Assembly: GCA_021413905.1 (NCBI GenBank)
Contig: JAIOPO010000005.1
Span: 2,027 to 66,026 of the forward strand
Direction of reading: 5' to 3'
Length of the DNA stretch: 64,000 bases
Source: Candidatus Nomurabacteria bacterium
GTDB lineage: Bacteria; Patescibacteriota; Minisyncoccia; Phycocordibacterales; UBA9973
In this document: in pieces, positions 34,963-46,899 of the stretch
How positions within the stretch are numbered: the stretch's first letter is position 1
Layout of the letters: every line of letters begins with the position of its first letter
Notes under the pieces: generated by a model
What the model saw: the letters and a program-made list of their open reading frames with translations, nothing else
Told to the model about the DNA's origin: nothing
The model's database searches: none
Program-made: the position numbers and the translations under genes

Positions 34963-35997
34963 TTATATCATATCTATCTTAAATTTCTTGTAATTTTTTT
35001 TGTATTGATTTTGATGCTTTTGACGAGCTGAGCCGACTAAAAATTGATTTACTTTTTTCGGGAATTTATCGCAAATTTGGCAAATGCGACCACAATATCC
35101 ATCTAGATTTTTTTCACAGTTTTCACAAACAATAAAAAGCAGATGACAAGAAAGATTTTTGCAATGTTTGTATTCGTCTGATTTTTCTTTTTCACAAATT
35201 TGACAAAATGAGATTATTTCATCCCCCACTTTCTCGCCCATTCTTTCATCAAAGACGAAATTCTTGCCTTTGAATTTATTCTGCAAGCCGAGCTCTTTGA
35301 CTCTATGCGCATAATCTATAATCCCACCCTTGATATGTTTTACATTTTTAAATCCATTATGTTTCATCCAAGCCGAAGCTTTTTCACATCTGATACCGCC
35401 GGTACAATAAAGCAAAACTTCTTCATCTTTTTTATCTTTAAACATATCACGCACTTTTTGGAGTTGTTCACGGAAAGTATCCACATTCATTATTTTTGCA
35501 TTTTCAAAATGCCCTATCGCCGCTTCGTAAACATTACGCATATCTATCACTGTCGTCCCGCGAGTAATCATATCATTCACATCTTCAGCCAATACGTATT
35601 CACCGGTGTCTGCCGGATTAAAAGTCGCATCATCGAGTCCGTCAGCCACTATTTTATTTCTCACTTTTATTATGAGTTTCAAGAAACTAATTTGTTTTTC
35701 TTCGACGGCAATTTTATAAGGCACGCCTTTAAACTCTGGTATGTTTTGTATAAATTTATCAAAAGCTTCGAAATTATGTTCCGGCACATTCATCTGCGCA
35801 TTGATGCCTTCATTCGCGACATAAATTCTACCAAGACATTTCAATTCTGAAAGTTTATCGAAAAGAGTATCCCGCATTTCTTTCGGATTTTCTATACGCG
35901 CATATTTATAAAAAGAAAGAGTCTTTCTTTTAAAATTCTCACGCGCCAAGTCCGCCAAAAGCTCCTCTTTATTTTTCGTATTCGCCTTCTTTATCAT
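34963..35997 (-). CDS. trhO: Rhodanese-domain tRNA U34 hydroxylase TrhO (YceA/UPF0176)
   Basis: GRIYVANEGINAQ, DMRNVYE..IGHF, YCTGGIRCEKA, GKNFVFDER, Cys-rich C-terminus. Confidence 0.88.
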   Translation of the reverse strand: MIKKANTKNKEELLADLARENFKRKTLSFYKYARIENPKEMRDTLFDKLSELKCLGRIYVANEGINAQMNVPEHNFEAFDKFIQNIPEFKGVPYKIAVEEKQISFLKLIIKVRNKIVADGLDDATFNPADTGEYVLAEDVNDMITRGTTVIDMRNVYEAAIGHFENAKIMNVDTFREQLQKVRDMFKDKKDEEVLLYCTGGIRCEKASAWMKHNGFKNVKHIKGGIIDYAHRVKELGLQNKFKGKNFVFDERMGEKVGDEIISFCQICEKEKSDEYKHCKNLSCHLLFIVCENCEKNLDGYCGRICQICDKFPKKVNQFLVGSARQKHQNQYKKNYKKFKIDMI

Positions 35998-36053
35998 ATT
36001 TTCATATTAACGATAAAATGCCCATTTTGCAAGACTTATGCTACTATTAAATT

Positions 36054-36149
36054 ATGAAAAAACAAATGATTGTTTTAGTCATTCTAATAGCATTTTTCTC
36101 CATCTTGGGCTTCTACCTCGGCTGGCTAGACAATGGACCGAGGTTTTAA
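36054..36149 (+). CDS. 31-aa single-TM small protein (not in ORF track)
   Basis: MKKQMIVLVILIAFFSILGFYLGWLDNGPRF*, preceded by extended -10 TGCTACTAT. Confidence 0.5.
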   Translation: MKKQMIVLVILIAFFSILGFYLGWLDNGPRF

Positions 36150-36171
36150 ATTTTTGTAAGAAGTATTTTTA

Positions 36172-36375
36172 CTAATTACTTATAACTTTTATGTCGTAAG
36201 TATCAATATCATCAAAAGTATAATTTTGTGGCAAATTATTTTTTATAAATTGTTGAGTATTTAGTTGAAATTCTCTTAAATCAGAACTTGCCGGTATTGA
36301 AAAAATTTCCTCAAAGTCCCCTTTTCTGATTTGTATCTGATTCAAAAGAATATTTACTGTAATTTCTTTTTTCAT
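36172..36375 (-). CDS. Hypothetical protein
   Basis: 67-aa ORF 5 nt downstream of the previous minus-strand gene. Confidence 0.55.
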   Translation of the reverse strand: MKKEITVNILLNQIQIRKGDFEEIFSIPASSDLREFQLNTQQFIKNNLPQNYTFDDIDTYDIKVISN

Positions 36376-36380
36376 ATAAT

Positions 36381-36932
36381 TTATAGATTTATTTCCATTT
36401 TTTGATTAACTAAGTTAGTGCAACTTTCTTGACTAATGTACTTAGTTCCATTGACTAAATCACCGAGCCAAGAACTATTACCAATTAAATCACTTTGTGG
36501 AGTGCAAGTAAGTAGTCTTTTATTTTCATAAGCGTCAAGTAATACAACTATCTTACCTGCACCTGAAACTAAAACAAAACATTGATTGAATTTTTGATTA
36601 TAATGATTCTGTTGATAAAAAGGATGTTCTTTGGATTGTCTTAAAATTCCATAGGGATCCATTTGCTCTGTAAAGTCAGTAAGTGTTTTTTCAGCTTGAT
36701 TTGCACATTTTGCCTGTAAATTTAAATCAACTGAAGTTGAACTTTTAACCTTCTCGTTATTATTAACTTTATTAGTAGGGACTGCAACAGAAACTTGAAC
36801 TACTGGTGGTTGAACAATTTTTTTATGAAACCAAGAAAATGGATTCCACCAAGAAGCCATAGCAATAGAAGGTAAAACAAAAACAGCCATTATTATAATT
36901 CCTGCAAATTTCGCATATTTTATATTTTTCAT
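36381..36932 (-). CDS. Secreted hypothetical protein with WWNPFSWF motif
   Basis: Signal peptide ending AMA/SWWNPFSWF, 4 Cys; promoter TTGAAA-17-TAAAAT upstream. Confidence 0.7.
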   Translation of the reverse strand: MKNIKYAKFAGIIIMAVFVLPSIAMASWWNPFSWFHKKIVQPPVVQVSVAVPTNKVNNNEKVKSSTSVDLNLQAKCANQAEKTLTDFTEQMDPYGILRQSKEHPFYQQNHYNQKFNQCFVLVSGAGKIVVLLDAYENKRLLTCTPQSDLIGNSSWLGDLVNGTKYISQESCTNLVNQKMEINL

Positions 36933-36985
36933 AATATTTGTATTTTACGCTTTCTAAACTTAGATTTCAAGCAAGACATCCTAAA

Positions 36986-37020
36986 TGTTATAAACTCTGC
37001 GATAGCAGAAAGTCTAACAA
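36986..37020. repeat. 35-bp palindromic site, left copy
   Basis: TGTTATAAACTCTGC-GATA-GCAGAAAGTCTAACAA. Confidence 0.85.
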
Positions 37021-37049
37021 ATACTACGACTATAAAAAACTTGAGTTAT

Positions 37050-37532
37050 TTACTTTTTTATATTATATCCTTTTGCAAGTTTGAAAGTTTTAAGACTTTC
37101 TTTAAGTCCAATATTTTCTATATAATCTAAAAACTTTTTCGGCAAAGGCGACGGACCCACCCAAACACTCTTTTGTATCATAATATAATTGAATTTCTTT
37201 AAATGCCAACGAAGCCATTCCCTCTCAGCTTTCTTTGGTTCAGGCACATCAAACATCACTATTAAATCTTTCGGTGCATCTTTTTTAAACTTAAAATCAA
37301 ATTGCTTTAGTGAATCAATTTTTTTATTTATATAGTCCTTGCCTTTCATTGTAATATGCAAACCTTCACAATCTTCCACAAATCCTTCTTTTAATAAATA
37401 CGACATTGTTCCTCGCAGTGAATTTGGTGAATGATTTTTAAATTTCGGCAAACCTAAAAAATCTACACGCATTCCTTTGTAGTTGAAAGATTTTTCACTC
37501 AGCTCTTTTAATAAATCAAATGCAATAGTCAT
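37050..37532 (-). CDS. PaaX-like protein: wHTH plus Cas2/VapD-fold C-terminal domain
   Basis: LLKEGFVE..LHITMKGKDY wing; IVMFDVPE..REWLRWHLKKFNYIMIQKSVWV. Confidence 0.8.
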   Translation of the reverse strand: MTIAFDLLKELSEKSFNYKGMRVDFLGLPKFKNHSPNSLRGTMSYLLKEGFVEDCEGLHITMKGKDYINKKIDSLKQFDFKFKKDAPKDLIVMFDVPEPKKAEREWLRWHLKKFNYIMIQKSVWVGPSPLPKKFLDYIENIGLKESLKTFKLAKGYNIKK

Positions 37533-37549
37533 AAATAAAGTATATCAAA

Positions 37550-37585
37550 TTGTTAGAAACTCTGCTATCGCAGAAATTATAACAA
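37550..37585. repeat. 35-bp palindromic site, right copy
   Basis: TTGTTAGAAACTCTGC-TATC-GCAGAAATTATAACAA; 30/35 identical to the left copy in either orientation. Confidence 0.85.
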
Positions 37586-37603
37586 TTATTGTTTTATAAC
37601 AAA

Positions 37604-40597
37604 CTATTTATAAATCTCTGCGCGTTTGCAATACTCGCATTTGGTATTTTTGCCATACGAATTATAATTACAAGGGCGAGCAATCCATTCTCCATTTTTT
37701 AGGAGATTGTCATAGTCGGCAATGTCTTTAATTAACAAATCTATTTTTTCTCTGTCTATGTGTGTAGAATAAAGAGCATTTTTGTCATCTTTTTTTGCTT
37801 CAAGGAAAAGAAGTTTGGAAGCGTATACATCTTTGCCTTTTTCTGCACCCGCGACGAGATACGAATACATCACAAGCTGACGCATCAATGTGGAAAGCCT
37901 GCCTTCTTCATCTATTTTTTCAATCACGCCTTTTGTTTTCACACTGCCGGTTTTAAAATCAGTCACCGTAATATCACCATTTGAATTTCTTTCTGTTAAG
38001 TCCAACTTTCCATACATCAAAAGCTCCGGGAATTTCGGATCTCTAAATTGCAAAGACCTTTCAGACATATAATCTTTCGCTAAAGTTTCGTAATAATTTT
38101 CCACCCAATGCATTACAGCATTTTCTGCATCTTTTGCCAGTTTTTTTAATTCTGTTTCATTACTGACTCCTTCTTTTTCCAATTCACTTTTTATTTTTTC
38201 TTTTATCTCAGCACTTTTCGGTAAAGTTTCGTTTTTCAAAATAAATTCTATCGCAGAGTGCACAGCAGAACCGAGACCAAGCGAAGTACTTTTGACTTCC
38301 GGCAATTTCAAAAAATTCCTAAAATACCATTTCCAAGGACATTCAAAAAAGTTATTCAATAATGACACAGATACTTTACTCTCATGATAATTCTCTCGCA
38401 CAAAAGTTTTTATATCTTCTAAAATATCCCCTTCCTCGCGTTGCATTACTTTCGTATATATTTGCGGTCCGTGTGTCAAAATTTCTTTTTGTGTTTCTTC
38501 ACGAGTTTTTTTATTAAAATGATTCTCGGGTAATTCTCGAATAATTTGCGCAAGCTCCATCGTCCCACCTGTGTAATTCTCATTCGCATATGAAATATTA
38601 CAAAATTCTTTCGCGCGAGTTATGGCTACATACAGCTCCCTTTTCACGGACTCAATATCTTTCTCTGCTATATGCATTTTCACTTTTTCAGGTAGAGTAA
38701 AACCATTTTTCTTTTCAGACATTATTACCTCTTCATTCATATGCGCTATCCAGACGGCTTTGTATTCCAAGCCTTTTGATTTGTGCAAAGTCATCACTTG
38801 CACGCCACTTTTCGTGCCAAAAGATGCCAAAGAAATATGACTGCCGTAACTTTCCAAACGTCTGAAATATTCTAAAAATTCTGCTAAACTTTTATTTTTA
38901 TCCCCGCCTCCTCGGCGGGCAGGCTTCTGCTCAAAAAGCATTGCAATATGTATGAAACTCCGCACGACTTCCACATTGCGTATCAATTCTTCGTGAGTTT
39001 TGGATTCATCAATTAAAAATTCATTGCCGACAGTGCTGACTATTACAGAAAGTTTTTCATTGGAAAGAGTATCTATCCAATTTTTCAATTTACCGCCCCA
39101 CTTTGAAATTGCGTTTTCTCCGGCGAAAAGTCCACCATCTTTGCCTTCGCCTATCAAATCTTCAATATTTAATTTATCCGGCTTTAATGATTTTAAAAAT
39201 TTATGCGCGGAAAAAGTTTCAATACCGCTGTATTTATCCAGTAATGATTCTGAAAGAGGAATGCTGTTATATGGATGAGCGATAATATTTAAAATTCGCA
39301 ACAAGCTTTGTGTTTCTGAAACATCAAATAAAGATAAATTTTTCCCAGCAGAAACAGGCACACCCATATTGTGCAATATTTCTATGGCATTTCTTACGTG
39401 ATAGTTTTTCGGCACGAGTATTGCGCAATCTTCGGGCTTTACCCCTTTATCAATTAAATTTTTGAAATATAAACCTGCGCCCAAAATCTCATCTCTCTGA
39501 TATGCATATTCACTCAAATATATTTTCTCACTACCATTTATATTACTTTTTAATTTTTCATTTGAAATAGAACTCTTCAATAAATCATCTGCCAAATCCA
39601 AAATATTTTGCGTAGAACGATAATTCTCAGTAAGTGTGATTTGTTTTGCTTTGCCAAATGTATGTGCAAATTCTTCAAAATATGACATCGATGCTCCAGA
39701 GAATCCGTAAATGAGTTGCCTGTCATCCCCCACTACAAAAATATTTGGCTTTTCTTCGTCTTTCCAGACAGCTTTCAAGAAATTATTTTGCACCCCACTG
39801 GAGTCTTGATGTTCATCTACCAACACATATTGATAATTTTCTTTTATATCTGAGCGTATGTCTTCATAATCTTCCACGAGTCTGACTGTGTATTCCAAAA
39901 TATCATCATAATCCATAAAGCCTTCCGTGACTTTTTTTTCTTCATACATTCGATAAAATTCCACGACTTCGCGCGTGCGTTCGAGAGATTCTATTTTGTT
40001 TTTTATTTCTTTTTTGAGTTGTCCTTTACTTTCTCCTCTTGAAGAAATACTATCGGGATCATTTTTTAAATTCTCAATATCCGCTTCGACATAAGACAAA
40101 AATTCCTCCGGTGTCAGCCTTTCTCTTTTTAATATTGAAATCAAATGTTTCAAATCGGAAAAATACATTACCGGATTTGCTCGCGGACGCAGATGCTCCC
40201 ATTCATTGTTTTGCAAAATATCGTCCACTAAAAATACCGCTTCATCATCAGAAAGCAATTTCGGCATTATTTTAAAACCAATATTTTCATAATTCTTCTC
40301 AATCAAATTTATGCCAAAACTATGAAATGTGGAAATGTGCACTTTGTCGGCATCATTGCCTATGTATTCCGCCAAGCGACTTTTCATCGCCTTCACGCCG
40401 GAATTTGTAAAAGTCAGACACAAAATACTGTCTGCTGTGGTATCCGTCTCCTTCAAAATATTCGCAATCCTCAAAGCCAAAATCTGCGTCTTGCCCGTGC
40501 CCGGACCAGCGACAACCATCACCGGACCATCAAGCGTATCCACTGCTTCTTTTTGTTCTTTATTTAATTTTTTATATTCTTCGTTAAATTTTTGCAT
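37604..40597 (-). CDS. UvrD/PcrA-family helicase fused to a PD-(D/E)XK (AddB/Cas4-like) nuclease
   Basis: AGPGTGKT, LVDEHQD, VGDDRQLIYGF, ENYRS, TLHKSKGLE, YVAITRA; GKLDL..DFKTG and C...CxxC Fe-S ligands. Confidence 0.9.
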   Translation of the reverse strand: MQKFNEEYKKLNKEQKEAVDTLDGPVMVVAGPGTGKTQILALRIANILKETDTTADSILCLTFTNSGVKAMKSRLAEYIGNDADKVHISTFHSFGINLIEKNYENIGFKIMPKLLSDDEAVFLVDDILQNNEWEHLRPRANPVMYFSDLKHLISILKRERLTPEEFLSYVEADIENLKNDPDSISSRGESKGQLKKEIKNKIESLERTREVVEFYRMYEEKKVTEGFMDYDDILEYTVRLVEDYEDIRSDIKENYQYVLVDEHQDSSGVQNNFLKAVWKDEEKPNIFVVGDDRQLIYGFSGASMSYFEEFAHTFGKAKQITLTENYRSTQNILDLADDLLKSSISNEKLKSNINGSEKIYLSEYAYQRDEILGAGLYFKNLIDKGVKPEDCAILVPKNYHVRNAIEILHNMGVPVSAGKNLSLFDVSETQSLLRILNIIAHPYNSIPLSESLLDKYSGIETFSAHKFLKSLKPDKLNIEDLIGEGKDGGLFAGENAISKWGGKLKNWIDTLSNEKLSVIVSTVGNEFLIDESKTHEELIRNVEVVRSFIHIAMLFEQKPARRGGGDKNKSLAEFLEYFRRLESYGSHISLASFGTKSGVQVMTLHKSKGLEYKAVWIAHMNEEVIMSEKKNGFTLPEKVKMHIAEKDIESVKRELYVAITRAKEFCNISYANENYTGGTMELAQIIRELPENHFNKKTREETQKEILTHGPQIYTKVMQREEGDILEDIKTFVRENYHESKVSVSLLNNFFECPWKWYFRNFLKLPEVKSTSLGLGSAVHSAIEFILKNETLPKSAEIKEKIKSELEKEGVSNETELKKLAKDAENAVMHWVENYYETLAKDYMSERSLQFRDPKFPELLMYGKLDLTERNSNGDITVTDFKTGSVKTKGVIEKIDEEGRLSTLMRQLVMYSYLVAGAEKGKDVYASKLLFLEAKKDDKNALYSTHIDREKIDLLIKDIADYDNLLKNGEWIARPCNYNSYGKNTKCEYCKRAEIYK

Positions 40598-41507
40598 TAT
40601 TTTTTATCATCACTTTAGACTTCCAAAAGAAAAATCCGATAATTGAAATAGTCAAAAGTGGAGAAATGTATTCAGGGACTTCGTGCCCGAAGCTTTGGAG
40701 GATCATAATAATACCCAAAACTAAAATGGAATACATCGCGCCATTTTTGAGATAAACATATTTTTTAATATTTTCAATATTGCCCATCGTGAGCTTGCGG
40801 ACAAGATACGCTCCCAAGCCATTGCCGAGCAAAATCAAAGGCACGGAAAGAGTAAAAGCAAATGCACCCAAAACACTGTCTATGGAAAAAGTGGCATCAA
40901 TGATTTCCAAGAAAAATAATTTACTTAAATCAGAACTAGCAGAACTCTTGAGTTCTTTTTCAGACTCTTCTGCGTTTTGTTTGAAACCGTGCGTGATAAA
41001 AAACAAAGTCGAGCCAACAACTGCACCGAAGCCCATCATACTGCTTTGTTTCAAAGCAAACCATGCAATGAAAGCGAGAACGACGGAAACTATCGCATAA
41101 AACCACACGCCTTTTTTCATAAAAAATCTTTCAGGATTTGGCAAGCCAAAATGTTTCTCTTCCAAGAAAAGCCAATGTAAAAATAAAAATAAAAGAAATA
41201 CTCCTCCAGCGACGAGGAGTATCGGCGCAGATTTTACAATTGATTCGTGGACAATAGGGTCAGAAGACCAAGCAGCGGAAAGGACTTGCATAATGCTGAG
41301 CGATGGATTAAAAGCCCAGACAATACAAAATGGCAATACTCCACGGACGACAACAACTGCAAGTAAAAATCCCCAGAGCAGGAACCAACGCTTTGCCTTG
41401 GCGCTCATTGTGGACAATACTTCAGCATTTATAACCGCATTGTCCAAAGACGAAATGGACTCAAAAACCGCAAGTCCAACTATTGTAAATAAAGCTGTGA
41501 ATAACAT
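40584..41507 (-). CDS. DUF475/TerC-like integral membrane protein
   Basis: SSLDNAVINA, LEIIDATFSIDSVLGAFA, YLKNGAMYSI. Confidence 0.85.
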   Translation of the reverse strand: MLFTALFTIVGLAVFESISSLDNAVINAEVLSTMSAKAKRWFLLWGFLLAVVVVRGVLPFCIVWAFNPSLSIMQVLSAAWSSDPIVHESIVKSAPILLVAGGVFLLFLFLHWLFLEEKHFGLPNPERFFMKKGVWFYAIVSVVLAFIAWFALKQSSMMGFGAVVGSTLFFITHGFKQNAEESEKELKSSASSDLSKLFFLEIIDATFSIDSVLGAFAFTLSVPLILLGNGLGAYLVRKLTMGNIENIKKYVYLKNGAMYSILVLGIIMILQSFGHEVPEYISPLLTISIIGFFFWKSKVMIKNNAKI

Positions 41508-41509
41508 AT

Positions 41510-42274
41510 TTATAGTTTACTATATTTTCCAATCTTTGTCCGCTTGATGGAATACGCAAGTGCTGGTATATTTATTTTCTCTCCCAAAGAATGTGCAATC
41601 CCCCGCACGTATGTACCAGAGCCACATTTTATTTTGAAACTTGCAGAAAAAAATTGCTCAGGCAATTTTTTTCTGCCCAACCCCCCTAATTCTCTTTTCC
41701 AAATTTTTAAAATTTCTTTTTGTCTGAAATCACCATTTACTTTCGCAATTCTTTTTTCAATGTTTTCTAAAAGTTTTTCTCTGCCGATTTTTTTAATTTT
41801 TATAAATTTTAAACTTTTTACAAACACTTCTCTTGTCGGCGTTTCCACCTCTTCGCCTTCACGTGCATAAGCAAACAACGGCTTGCCTTTCACTGTCTTG
41901 GAAGAATACATCGGATATTTTTGCGTGAATTTTCCGGTAAAATATTTTAAATTTTCTTTTATATTTTTTTCTAAATTTTCACTCTTGAGGTCTTGCCTAA
42001 AGATTTTTTGCAGTTTTCCTAAAATATCATAAGTATCCGTCGCGAAGCCAAAAAGAATTTCAAATTCATATTCTTTATCCAAATTCAAATACTTTTCTTT
42101 TTGTTTGCATTCTTTCCCAACAAGCACTATCAAAAGCCCAGAGGCCATCGGGTCCAATCTACCAGCATAAGTCATCGGCATATCTTTGTATTCCTTATTC
42201 TTCGCACGAAATTGCTCCAACGCTTCCAGCGGAGTTTGTCCTTCTTTTTTGTTAAGTAAAATTACATTTTTCAT
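41510..42274 (-). CDS. truB: tRNA pseudouridine(55) synthase TruB-like
   Basis: YAGRLDPMASG, TDTYDILG, PMYSS, CGSGTYVR. Confidence 0.88.
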   Translation of the reverse strand: MKNVILLNKKEGQTPLEALEQFRAKNKEYKDMPMTYAGRLDPMASGLLIVLVGKECKQKEKYLNLDKEYEFEILFGFATDTYDILGKLQKIFRQDLKSENLEKNIKENLKYFTGKFTQKYPMYSSKTVKGKPLFAYAREGEEVETPTREVFVKSLKFIKIKKIGREKLLENIEKRIAKVNGDFRQKEILKIWKRELGGLGRKKLPEQFFSASFKIKCGSGTYVRGIAHSLGEKINIPALAYSIKRTKIGKYSKL

Positions 42275-42336
42275 TTATTTTAAAATCATAACACAGAACC
42301 TTTCTTTTTTCTTAAAATAATGTAGATTAAATATAT

Positions 42337-42421
42337 GGAAGCGTCGCATAGCGGTCTAGTGCGCAGACCTGGAAAGTCTGTGTGGGGCAACCCACCGAGA
42401 GTTCGAATCTCTCCGCTTCCG
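42337..42421 (+). tRNA. tRNA-Ser(GGA)
   Basis: GGAAGCG/CGCTTCC, anticodon arm CAGAC-CTGGAAA-GTCTG, long variable arm, G73. Confidence 0.95.
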
Positions 42422-42457
42422 CAAAATTTGGTATTTGTATTTTTTCTGCTATTATAA

Positions 42458-43315
42458 ATGCATCTTATGCGATATTTTTATTTAGTGGGTAAAATTTTAA
42501 TAGTTCTTTTTGCCACCATTGGGATGGTTTTTACTTTTATATTTTTCGGCATTCGTTATGGTTGGACAAATGTAAAAGGAACAATAAAAGAACGCAATGA
42601 TTCATTTCTAGAAAATCTACCTAAACAAAAATCAATAAATGAAATAATAAACGGCGTACAATACCCGCATTACGCTTGGGAAGATTCAGCAGAATGGCAA
42701 GTAATGAAAACTGTATTTATTCGAGACAAAGATATTATAAATAAAGCATCAATAGATGCAGGCATATCCCCTCGTATTTTACTCGGAGGTATTATCGGTG
42801 AACAATTCAGATTCTTTACAAATTCACGCGATTCATTTAAAAAATATTTTGAACCTTTAAAAATACTCGCTTCCCTTTCTAAATTTTCTTATGGCATAGC
42901 CGGATTAAAACCAGACACAGTGGCACGAATTGATGTAAATTTGAAAAATCCAAATTCTGTTTTTTATTTAGGAACTGATATGGAAAACATTGTGACTTAT
43001 CCTGACGGTGCAGATATAACAAAAACACAATTCGACAGAATTACAGATGTAAAAAATCCATATTACTCTTATCTCTACACAGGGCTTTTTATGAGACAAG
43101 TGACAATGCAATGGAATGCAAGTGGTGTAGACATATCAAATAATCCAGGTGTGCTTTCTACTTTATATAATTTGGGTTTCAATAGATCTATACCGAAATT
43201 AAATCCCGTGGCAGGTGGAGCAATTATCACAATAGATGGCACAGAATACAGCTTTGGACAATTAGGAGATGAATTTTATTATTCTGCAGAATTAAGAGAA
43301 GAATTTCCACAATAG
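42458..43315 (+). CDS. Membrane-anchored protein, possible lysozyme-like fold
   Basis: N-terminal TM; IIGEQ, SYGIAGLK and LYNLG resemble transglycosylase motifs. Confidence 0.5.
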   Translation: MHLMRYFYLVGKILIVLFATIGMVFTFIFFGIRYGWTNVKGTIKERNDSFLENLPKQKSINEIINGVQYPHYAWEDSAEWQVMKTVFIRDKDIINKASIDAGISPRILLGGIIGEQFRFFTNSRDSFKKYFEPLKILASLSKFSYGIAGLKPDTVARIDVNLKNPNSVFYLGTDMENIVTYPDGADITKTQFDRITDVKNPYYSYLYTGLFMRQVTMQWNASGVDISNNPGVLSTLYNLGFNRSIPKLNPVAGGAIITIDGTEYSFGQLGDEFYYSAELREEFPQ

Positions 43316-43353
43316 CATTGACATTATCAAACTTAATACTGTAAAATAGTAAT

Positions 43354-43770
43354 ATGGAACAAAATAAAAATATAGTAAATTATCATGGTCATTATTATGG
43401 AAAGTTAGTGCGTTCAATTTTTTTAATTGGCGCAATAATTATGATTGTCACTTATCCTTTTTTTAGTCCACTTATCAGTATTCCATTACCATTATTTTTG
43501 ACAACAATAATTCTATTAGTATTGGTTGGTGGTTTAATAGACCCATTATCAAAAATAATTTTTATTTTTACATCAATATTACCAGCACTAGGGTTAGTAA
43601 TGTTTGAATATTACGGTTTTTACGCATATCAACATCTACCAATAAACGACACAAAAAGTGTTTTATTTTTTTGGACAAATCAAATACTCGCTTTAATGTT
43701 TTTCTTTGCGACATATTTTTCTGTCAAAACATTACGTGCAATGTACGAAGGAACAATGACTTACGAATAA
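43354..43770 (+). CDS. Hypothetical 4-TM membrane protein
   Basis: Four hydrophobic segments. Confidence 0.7.
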   Translation: MEQNKNIVNYHGHYYGKLVRSIFLIGAIIMIVTYPFFSPLISIPLPLFLTTIILLVLVGGLIDPLSKIIFIFTSILPALGLVMFEYYGFYAYQHLPINDTKSVLFFWTNQILALMFFFATYFSVKTLRAMYEGTMTYE

Positions 43771-46292
<2,522 letters not shown>

Positions 46293-46298
46293 ATTTTA

Positions 46299-46895
46299 TT
46301 ATTGAATCCAATTAAATAAATTTTCTGAAAAAGAAATTTCTTTTTGTCCTGAACCTTGTTTCCAGTAAACGGTAGAAATGATTTTAATTTCATTATTAAA
46401 GTTTAAAGAATTACTCAAGCCATCAACTTTTATAGTTCGAACAAAACCAGAATCACGACCACTAACATAACCATATTTACCAGAATTTTCATCATATAAC
46501 ATAGGACAAATATTATTAACACAAGCAGGGACTAAAACACTAGTAATGCCATTATTATATAAATATATATCACCACGATCATTCAAATAACAACCAGTTA
46601 AAGATACAGCAACATCACAATTTACTAAAATATTTTTAAAATCATTCCAACCAGAAGTATTGGAAGTTAAAGCGAAACTATCTCGTATATTTCTCACATA
46701 TTCTACACCCTCTTGAGCTAAATATTCAGCTGTCATTTTTTGTTTAGCATAATTCGTATCAGAAATACCATTGGATAAAATAACCATCAAAGATAATATG
46801 GAAATAGAAAAAATAGAAATAGCTACAAGAGTTTCAATGATAGTAAAACCCTTATGAAAGTTAAATTTAATTTTTGTTAATGATGATATATTCAT
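46299..46895 (-). CDS. PilV-like minor pilin
   Basis: GFTIIETLVA, AEYLAQEGVE. Confidence 0.8.
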   Translation of the reverse strand: MNISSLTKIKFNFHKGFTIIETLVAISIFSISILSLMVILSNGISDTNYAKQKMTAEYLAQEGVEYVRNIRDSFALTSNTSGWNDFKNILVNCDVAVSLTGCYLNDRGDIYLYNNGITSVLVPACVNNICPMLYDENSGKYGYVSGRDSGFVRTIKVDGLSNSLNFNNEIKIISTVYWKQGSGQKEISFSENLFNWIQ

Positions 46896-46899
46896 ATAT

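Noticed and set aside
36986-40597. CRISPR-Cas locus (Cas2-like and Cas4-like domains plus 35-bp repeats)
   Set aside because: There are only two repeats, separated by a whole gene rather than a spacer, and there is no cas1 or effector. UvrD-PD-(D/E)XK fusions are ordinary repair proteins.
41971-42010. Possible second element in truB (KIFRQDLKSENL)
   Set aside because: The inverted repeat is too weak to support by eye and needs an orthologue alignment.
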